DNA of 51,303 nucleotides from a bacterium (GTDB lineage Bacteria; JADJOY01): NCBI GenBank assembly GCA_046331705.1, contig JAXLQJ010000019.1, positions 62,001 to 113,303 of the forward strand, read 5' to 3'. Shown piece by piece: positions 45,076 to 51,303 of this stretch (position 1 is its first letter; each line of letters starts with the position of its first letter). The notes under the pieces were generated by a model. It saw only the letters and a program-made list of their open reading frames with translations, ran no database searches and was not told where the DNA came from. The position numbers and the translations under genes were made by a program.

Positions 45076-45245
45076 TCGCTCGCCTCCTGCCCGGTTCCGT
45101 CACGATGTGCTGCTTCGGACGCGAGGAGTGGGGTTGGTGTGAGCGTGGCGAGCGAAGCCCTCGGGGCGCGGGTGTCGACGCATCGTCGGAGTCGTTTGCC
45201 GGCACGCTTGGCGAGCCGAGCGCCGGCAAAAGGTTGCCAACGCAT

Positions 45246-45260
45246 ACAATTCGCACGCCA
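45246..45260 (-). promoter_or_regulatory. Sigma54-like promoter of the biosynthetic operon
   Basis: Minus strand TGGCGTGCGAATTGT (-12 variant TTGT) in a relatively AT-rich intergenic patch. Confidence 0.45.
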
Positions 45261-45577
45261 AAGCGCGAAGCGAAAAAGCCGATCCTTTTCGGGTGCCGCC
45301 GCGAGGAGCGTTTCCAACTCGTCCGCTCGCGGTACGAAGAGTCGCGTCGACGTTACGGACTCGTTGGCCTTTGGCGATGAAAAGCTGCGCTGCGCGGGCG
45401 TGGAGGTCGCGCGGAGGTGACGCAGCGCGCAATCGCGTTTCCGTCGATGTCTCGAGCGCTCGGTCCGTCGACGAATCATCACGAGCGCCCGGCCGATCGT
45501 TGTCGCTTCGTCGACGTGGATTCCGCTCGCGGACCGTGGATGGATCTGGCATTCTCCCGGCGCCCGCGGGGGAACGG

Positions 45578-47674
45578 ATGCGTCGGCAACGGGTGATCGG
45601 GACACTCGGAATCTGGGCGGCGTCCGTCCTCGGCGGCTGTGGCGACTCCGCCGACAGCCTCGCCCTGGGTCCCGCCGCCTGCGCGAACGGCACCGAGCCG
45701 GTGTCCTTCGTGTGGCAGACGACATCGCGGGCGAGCGCGCCGCCGCTACCCAGCGATTATTTCTCCACGCCCGCCTCCGACACCATCACCGGGGTGCGGA
45801 TCTCGATCCGCCCCGGGGACAATCTTCCCGCCGATCATCTGCTCGCCACGCTCTTCCCCAACGTCCTCGCCGAGCTCAACCAGCTCGACGGCTTCGGCAC
45901 GGCGGCGCCCGCCCTGGTTCCGTTCTCCGGGGCGATCGATCTCGTGGCGAGTGGCGGTGTCCCGCTGGCCACGGCGACGGCGGAGAAACGCCAGCGCTAC
46001 GTGTTCGCCGGCGACGCTGCGCCGATCTTCCTTCTCGATCTCGATCCCGCGAGCCCCACGCGCGGCGCCCGCGCCGGTGTGATCGTGGATCGCCTCGCCA
46101 ACGACTATCTGGTGATCGAGCCGCTGGTGCCGCTGCGCCCGGCGTCCCGCTACGCGCTGGTGGTGACGCGCGCCGCGCGGGGCAGCGACGACGGCGACGG
46201 CCCGCGCTGCGTGGTTCCGTCCGCCGACATCCGGCGCGTGCTCACGGGCGATCAGGTGCGCTCGCCGCAAGATCGGGCGCTGGCGAGCTATGCGCGGACG
46301 GCGCTCGCCGAGATCCGCGCGGCCGACCCCACGCTCACCGCCGATCGCGTCGTGGTTCCGCTCACGTTCACCACCCAGTCCATCGCGGACGAGCTGCTCG
46401 AGGCGCGTGCGCGCGTCGAGGCGGAACCGCCGCCCGAGATCCTGCCCGACACGACGCGAGTCGAGGTGCTCGCTTCCGGCTCGGTCGCCGTGCGGGTCCG
46501 CGGCCGCTTTCGCGCCCCGGATTTCCGCGGCAACGAGCGCCTCTGGCAGCGGGACCCGGCGAGTGGTGCGCTGCTCGAGAAGGGATCCCAGGACCTCGAT
46601 TTCCTGCTCCAGATCCCGCGCGAGACCGACCTCCATCGCCAGCCGTTTCCGCTCGCGATCTACCTGCACGGTCTCGCCGGCGATCTCGAGGAGGGGACCA
46701 CCGCGGGCGACCGTCTGGCCAGCGCGGGCTTCGCGACCATCGGCATCAGCGCCGTCGGCCACCGCTCGGGGTCGTCGGTGCTCAGCGTGCTCGCGTTCTT
46801 CAACCTGCTCGACATCGCCGCCGGCGGGGAGAACGCGTTCGGCGTGATCCGCGACAACTTTCGCCAGTCGGCGCTCGACCAGATCGGCGCGCTCCGGCTC
46901 GCGCACCAGCTCGCGGCGAGCGGCTACGACGTCGCCGAGCCGCGCGGCGTGCCGGACCTCGACCCCATGGCTCCGCCGGTGGCGCTGGGCGTGTCGCTCG
47001 GCGGCTTGATGGGAACCACGCTCACCGCCATCGAGCCGTCGATCGGCGGCAGCGTCCTCTTCGTCGGCGGCGGGGTCGTCACGAAGCTCATCCAGGATTC
47101 GGAGACGTTCAAGTACTTGATCCCGATCTTCCAGGCGATCCTGGCGGGAGGCGAGAAGCTGCCCGCGGACTCGGTGCCGAGCTTCTTCGCGTTGATGCAG
47201 ACGATCCTCGATCGCGGAGATCCCGTGAACTTCGCGCGCTACGTCTTCGCGGAGCCCCTCGCCGAGATCCTGCCTGGCTCTGCCCCCCGCTCCACGCTGC
47301 TCATCCAGTCGGTGCCCGATCGGATCGTGCCCAACAGCTCGAACGAGGCGTTGGCGCGTGCGTTCGGGATGCCGCTGCTCACGCCGCAGGTCGCCGCGGT
47401 GACGGGGCTCGAGTCCGCCGCCACCCCCGTGCGCTCGAACCGGGCCCCCGGGGTGACGGTGGGGTTCTTCCAATACGACGACTATCACGAGGACGCGGGC
47501 GGACCGCTGGTGCGTTCCGATCACACCACGATCGGGGGTGCCTACGAGCCGTTCTTGCAGGCGGCGACCTTCGCGCGCTCCTGGCTGGAATCGCGCGCGT
47601 CGGGCGACGGGCCGGTCCTGATCGATCCGTTCGACGCCTCGCAGGTGGCGCGGTTCGCCGGCGATCCGGGCTGA
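45578..47674 (+). CDS. Alpha/beta-hydrolase lipoprotein (Pla-1/cef-like lipase with N-terminal Ig-like region)
   Basis: Lipobox LGGC; PLPSD, LNQLDGFG, YLHGL, RDNFRQSALD, nucleophile GVSLGG, DRGDPVNFA, DRIVPN. Confidence 0.85.
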   Translation: MRRQRVIGTLGIWAASVLGGCGDSADSLALGPAACANGTEPVSFVWQTTSRASAPPLPSDYFSTPASDTITGVRISIRPGDNLPADHLLATLFPNVLAELNQLDGFGTAAPALVPFSGAIDLVASGGVPLATATAEKRQRYVFAGDAAPIFLLDLDPASPTRGARAGVIVDRLANDYLVIEPLVPLRPASRYALVVTRAARGSDDGDGPRCVVPSADIRRVLTGDQVRSPQDRALASYARTALAEIRAADPTLTADRVVVPLTFTTQSIADELLEARARVEAEPPPEILPDTTRVEVLASGSVAVRVRGRFRAPDFRGNERLWQRDPASGALLEKGSQDLDFLLQIPRETDLHRQPFPLAIYLHGLAGDLEEGTTAGDRLASAGFATIGISAVGHRSGSSVLSVLAFFNLLDIAAGGENAFGVIRDNFRQSALDQIGALRLAHQLAASGYDVAEPRGVPDLDPMAPPVALGVSLGGLMGTTLTAIEPSIGGSVLFVGGGVVTKLIQDSETFKYLIPIFQAILAGGEKLPADSVPSFFALMQTILDRGDPVNFARYVFAEPLAEILPGSAPRSTLLIQSVPDRIVPNSSNEALARAFGMPLLTPQVAAVTGLESAATPVRSNRAPGVTVGFFQYDDYHEDAGGPLVRSDHTTIGGAYEPFLQAATFARSWLESRASGDGPVLIDPFDASQVARFAGDPG

Positions 47675-47738
47675 GCGTTCGGGTCCGGCTCGCGCTTCTC
47701 CGGAGTGGAGCCGCGGGCGTTCGCGGTCGGCTCCCGAA

Positions 47739-47766
47739 TTGCGCTTCGTCGAATCGCGTCTAAGTT
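47739..47766 (+). promoter_or_regulatory. Sigma70-like promoter of htpX copy 1
   Basis: TTGCGC-N16-TAAGTT. Confidence 0.35.
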
Positions 47767-47855
47767 GACTCGAAGCGCCGTCGCGAGCGGGCCCGGGCCC
47801 TCGAGCCTGCGGCGCGGCGCCCGCTCTTTTCGAACCCCTTCCGGAGGATGGCTCG

Positions 47856-48770
47856 ATGTTCGTGTACGCGCGACGGATCTTCTTCTTCGTGGCCACCAAC
47901 TTGGCGGTGGTGTTGCTGCTGGGCGTGGTGGTGCGGGTGCTCGGCGTCGATCAATGGCTGTGGCGTGCCGGCTACCGCTTCGACTACGTGGGGATGCTGG
48001 TCTACGCCGGCATCTTCGGCATGGCGGGATCGCTGATCTCGCTCGCGCTCTCGAAGACCATGGCGCGGATGGCCGTGGGCGCGAAGGTGATCGATGCCCC
48101 GCAGAACCAGGCCGAAGCGTGGCTGGTCGCCACGGTCGAGCGCCTGGCCAAGGACGCCGGCATCGGCATGCCCCAGGTGGCGGTCTTCCCGTCGGATCAA
48201 CCCAATGCCTTCGCCACGGGGGCGCGCCGCGATCACGCGCTGGTGGCGGTGAGCACGGGCCTGCTGCGTTCGATGAACGAGCGCGAGATCGAGGCGGTGC
48301 TGGGCCACGAGATCTCGCACGTCGCCAACGGAGACATGGTCACGCTCGCGCTGTTGCAGGGCGTGGTGAACACCTTCGTGATCTTCCTGTCGCGGGTCAT
48401 CGGGATGCTGGTGGACTCGGCGCTCTCGGGCCGGCGCGACGACGACCGTGGCTACTACGGCGGTCCGGGATACTTCCTGTCGGTGATGATCAGCCAGGTC
48501 TTCCTCGGGATCATCGCGTCCATGATCGTGATGTGGTACAGCCGCCGCCGCGAGTTCCGCGCGGACGCGGGCTCGGCGGCGCTGCGCGGCAAGGAGCCGA
48601 TGATCGCGGCGCTGGCGCGGCTCGCCCAGGACCGCCGGCCCGCGGCGATGCCCGAATCGTTGGCAGCGTTCGGCATCCGCGGGGGCGGCCGCGCGATCCT
48701 CGGCCGGCTGCTCATGTCGCACCCGCCGATCGAGGATCGCATCGCGGCACTCGAGGCGCTCGCGGCCTGA
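47856..48770 (+). CDS. htpX: Membrane zinc protease HtpX, copy 1
   Basis: FVATNLAV, PNAFATG, HEISHVANGDMVT, SRRREFRAD, SHPP..RIAAL. Confidence 0.95.
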   Translation: MFVYARRIFFFVATNLAVVLLLGVVVRVLGVDQWLWRAGYRFDYVGMLVYAGIFGMAGSLISLALSKTMARMAVGAKVIDAPQNQAEAWLVATVERLAKDAGIGMPQVAVFPSDQPNAFATGARRDHALVAVSTGLLRSMNEREIEAVLGHEISHVANGDMVTLALLQGVVNTFVIFLSRVIGMLVDSALSGRRDDDRGYYGGPGYFLSVMISQVFLGIIASMIVMWYSRRREFRADAGSAALRGKEPMIAALARLAQDRRPAAMPESLAAFGIRGGGRAILGRLLMSHPPIEDRIAALEALAA

Positions 48771-48794
48771 ACCGTCGGAGCGCCGCGCTCCGAG

Positions 48795-48839
48795 CGCCCA
48801 CCCCGAGCCGGATCCTGGCTCGGGGTGGGCGTTTCTCTT
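48795..48839 (+). terminator. Rho-independent terminator
   Basis: cgcccaccccgagcc / ggctcggggtgggcg, 15-bp perfect stem followed by tttctctt. Confidence 0.8.
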
Positions 48840-48887
48840 GGCTTCGATCCATCGAAAAAGAGATCGACTGGAAGCTGCATTATCTAT

Positions 48888-48916
48888 TTGCTCGAAGTCA
48901 GGATCGTCCTTAGCTT
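48888..48916 (+). promoter_or_regulatory. Sigma70-like promoter of htpX copy 2
   Basis: TTGCTC-N17-TAGCTT with an AT-rich upstream tract. Confidence 0.45.
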
Positions 48917-48963
48917 GCGCGGCGATTCGAACGAAGACCTTCGCCTCGAAAGGAGGGCGAGCC

Positions 48964-49869
48964 ATGAACGTCAAGATCTACGCCAAGCGCATCTCACTCT
49001 TCCTCGCCACCAACCTCGCGGTGCTGTTGCTGCTCGGGTTCGTCCTGAACCTGCTCGGCGTCCGCGGCTATCTGGACGCCGCCGGCGGAATCGACTGGAA
49101 GGCGTTGCTCACCTTCGCCGCCGTGTTCGGCTTCGGTGGCTCGTTCCTGTCGCTCGCGCTCTCCCGGTCGCTCGCCAAGTGGAGCACCGGCGCCAAGGTC
49201 ATCGACGAGCCGCGCACCCAAGAGGAGCTCTGGCTGGTGGAAACGGTGCGGCGTCAGGCCAACGCCGTGGGGATCGCCATGCCGCAGGTGGCGATCTTCC
49301 CGTCGCCCGATCCCAACGCGTTCGCGACCGGCATGAGTCGCAACTCGGCGCTGGTGGCGGTGAGCGAGGGGCTGCTCCACACCATGAGCCGCCACGAGGT
49401 GGAAGCGGTGCTCGCCCACGAGGTGTCGCACGTGGCGAACGGCGACATGGTCACGCTGGCGCTCGTCCAGGGCGTGGTGAACACCTTCGTCATCTTGCTG
49501 GCGCGTGCCATCGGCTCGGTCATCGACCGCGTGGTGCTGCGCAACGAGGATGATCGCCCGGGCCTGGGCTACATGGCCACCGTGATGGTCCTCGAGCTGG
49601 TGCTGGGTGTGTTCGCGACCCTGATCGTGGCCAGCGTGAGCCGCCGGCGCGAGTTCCGCGCCGACGCCGGAGCGGCTGCGCTCACCGGCAAGGCGCCGAT
49701 GATCGATGCGTTGCGACGGCTGGCGGCGAGCCGCGAGCCGGCCGAGCTGCCGCAGTCGATGGCCGCCTTCGGAATCCGCGGCGGCGAGCCGCGCGGGTTC
49801 CTGCGCTACTTCATGACTCACCCGCCGATCGAAGCGCGGATCGCGGCGCTCGAGAAGCTCGCGCGCTGA
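48964..49869 (+). CDS. htpX: Membrane zinc protease HtpX, copy 2
   Basis: AGGAGG RBS; FLATNLAV, PNAFATG, HEVSHVANGDMVT, THPP..RIAAL. Confidence 0.95.
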   Translation: MNVKIYAKRISLFLATNLAVLLLLGFVLNLLGVRGYLDAAGGIDWKALLTFAAVFGFGGSFLSLALSRSLAKWSTGAKVIDEPRTQEELWLVETVRRQANAVGIAMPQVAIFPSPDPNAFATGMSRNSALVAVSEGLLHTMSRHEVEAVLAHEVSHVANGDMVTLALVQGVVNTFVILLARAIGSVIDRVVLRNEDDRPGLGYMATVMVLELVLGVFATLIVASVSRRREFRADAGAAALTGKAPMIDALRRLAASREPAELPQSMAAFGIRGGEPRGFLRYFMTHPPIEARIAALEKLAR

Positions 49870-49900
49870 TCTCGTCGGATTCGTTTCGCGACTGCCACAC

Positions 49901-49932
49901 GCGGCGGAGCCCTCGCGGGCTCCGTCGTTTTC
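49901..49932 (+). terminator. Rho-independent terminator
   Basis: gcggcggagccc-tcgc-gggctccgtcgt followed by ttt. Confidence 0.7.
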
Positions 49933-50164
49933 GTTGGCGCGCGCGAGTGCGGCGCGCCTCACCTCGCGGACGGGCAGCGCGTTTGCGGACGCGCGCGGCG
50001 GCGTGAGAAGCTTTTCGTGGCGCGGCGCGTCGCGCAACGCGATCGCCGCGCCCGCCAGAGCGTCGTTTCGCAACCGGGCGCGCGCCGTTCGCGTCGTGAC
50101 CCCGGCGCGGTATTCGAGGCCGGTGCCGCGAATCGCGCCGCGCCCGCATCCAACGAGGAGTCGC

Positions 50165-51303
50165 ATGCTTCGAGAGGTCCAACGCGTTTCCCGGCTCTTG
50201 CTCTCCCTCCTGTGCGCGGCGGCGCTGCTCGCCTCGTTCGAGGGGCGCGCGAACGCCGCCGGAGTCACGACTCACGCCGATGCGGCCATTCGCGCCTCGC
50301 AATGGTTCGTCTCGGGTGTGGACGCGACGGCGCGCGACTGGATCCTCGCGAATCCCGGCGCGCTTCAAGCAGGCGCAGCCTTTCCCGATTGGGGCTACGC
50401 GTTCGGTCATCCCGACGCCGCCGAGGACACGCACTGGCCGCCCTTCCACCAGGTGGCCGGCGATTACGTCCACGAGACCTATCCGCTGCCCTGGGACGAC
50501 GACACCAAGAAGCTCGCGACCTTCCTGCTCGGCATCCGCAGCCACTGGGTCGCGGACCTGGACTGGCACGGCCTCGGTGGCGTGCAGGAAGGGTTCATCG
50601 ACGTCGCCTCCGCGCAGGAGTTCAACGGCGACTGGAGCGCCGCCCACTCGAACAGCGACACCGGCGGCGACTTCATGGCCGGAACCGAGCTGGCGCTCAA
50701 CTGGACGTCGTCTTCCTGGTACGTGCCCACGACCGACGTGCTCGCGATCTACGCGCGCCTCGGCTACACGGACATCACCACCAGCGAGCTCGCCAACGAC
50801 ATGGCGCTGATGCAGCTCGAGCAGCGCGGCATCAAGCTCGGCGGCGCGCTCCTGGCCGGTCCCTACCTCCAGCGCTCGCCCTTGCTCGGCGATCAGTACC
50901 AGGACTACTTCGTCGGCGGAGTCGACGATCTCGGCATCCAGACGGCGTTCAACTGGGACCCGCTCATCACCTGGATGCGCAGCGGCACCGGCGGGCTCCT
51001 GGCGAGCACGTCGCAGGATCTGCGCGCGCGTCTGGACGCGGCCCATCGCGCCGAAGGCGAGGGCGACGGGGCGGCGCTGGACGCGGCGCTCGCGGCGCTC
51101 GGATCGAACGCGCGGCCGCGTAGCGTCGCCGATCTCGCTCGTCTCGGGATCGCCGTGCAAGAGACGGCGCGCGGCGTCTACCTCACCAACGTCACCTCCG
51201 AGGCGCGCGCCACGAACCCGGCCGCGCAGATCGCCGTGTCGCCGATGGGCGAGGATCGCTCGCTGACCATCGCCGCTGCGGACCCGTTCGCGTACCTGGG
51301 AAC
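50165..51303 (+). CDS. Secreted Zn-dependent phospholipase-family protein homologous to eukaryotic GPI-specific phospholipase D (GPLD1); 3'-truncated
   Basis: Absent from the ORF track because it has no stop in the window. Manual translation from ATG 50165 (GAGGAG RBS): signal peptide, AGVTTH, QAGAAFPDWGY, EDTHWPPF, YPLPWDDDTKKLATFLLGIRSHWVADLDWH, AHSNSDTGGD, WYVP, YFVGGVDD. Frame open to the window end. Confidence 0.88.
   Translation, partial: MLREVQRVSRLLLSLLCAAALLASFEGRANAAGVTTHADAAIRASQWFVSGVDATARDWILANPGALQAGAAFPDWGYAFGHPDAAEDTHWPPFHQVAGDYVHETYPLPWDDDTKKLATFLLGIRSHWVADLDWHGLGGVQEGFIDVASAQEFNGDWSAAHSNSDTGGDFMAGTELALNWTSSSWYVPTTDVLAIYARLGYTDITTSELANDMALMQLEQRGIKLGGALLAGPYLQRSPLLGDQYQDYFVGGVDDLGIQTAFNWDPLITWMRSGTGGLLASTSQDLRARLDAAHRAEGEGDGAALDAALAALGSNARPRSVADLARLGIAVQETARGVYLTNVTSEARATNPAAQIAVSPMGEDRSLTIAAADPFAYLG

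Noticed and set aside
45547..45561. GG-N10-GC element before the lipase gene
   Set aside because: It lacks the TT of the -12 box and lies too close to the start codon; likely chance at this GC content.
47700..48963. CIRCE/HrcA heat-shock operator upstream of the htpX copies
   Set aside because: No TTAGCACTC-N9-GAGTGCTAA match seen.
1..51303. Mobile elements, tRNA, rRNA, CRISPR arrays
   Set aside because: No transposase, integrase, cas gene, cloverleaf or rRNA-like sequence recognised by eye; 'island' is used only in the functional sense.

Overview
High-GC bacterial DNA; the gene content suggests a deltaproteobacterial-type lineage such as Myxococcota or Binatia, but taxonomy cannot be fixed from this window. 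Four blocks. (1) 1-3743: housekeeping or detox genes (GST, methyltransferase, SDR, DinB). (2) 4152-32486: an extracellular-electron-transfer (EET) island with 16 c-type cytochromes carrying, by my manual count, 80 heme motifs (73 CxxCH plus 7 CX3CH/CX4CH). It includes an OmcE-like tetraheme nanowire-type subunit with NHL-propeller, beta-barrel and multiheme companion genes; a 1188-aa octaheme with Cys-rich repeats and PKD domains; a CbcSTU-like module; translationally coupled ImcH-like and CbcL-like genes; a second porin-cytochrome-NapC/NirT operon; and three paralogous basic monoheme cytochromes. Most units are preceded by sigma54-like promoters. (3) 32505-45075 (minus strand): a biosynthetic operon that runs straight into the second cytochrome operon. 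It combines toxoflavin-type GTP-derived heterocycle genes (RibA fused to a ToxC-like WD40 protein, RibD, a methyltransferase) with quinone-type lipidation genes (UbiA/MqnP-like prenyltransferase, polyprenyl synthase, geranylgeranyl-reductase family) plus a B12-radical SAM enzyme and two MDR dehydrogenases. My inference is that it makes an undescribed prenylated redox-active heterocycle, possibly a membrane electron carrier. This is the best candidate for a novel system. (4) 45578-51303: a lipase-like lipoprotein, tandem htpX genes, and a 3'-truncated bacterial homologue of eukaryotic GPI-phospholipase D that the ORF track missed. All family assignments are from motif recognition and memory; no database search was run.
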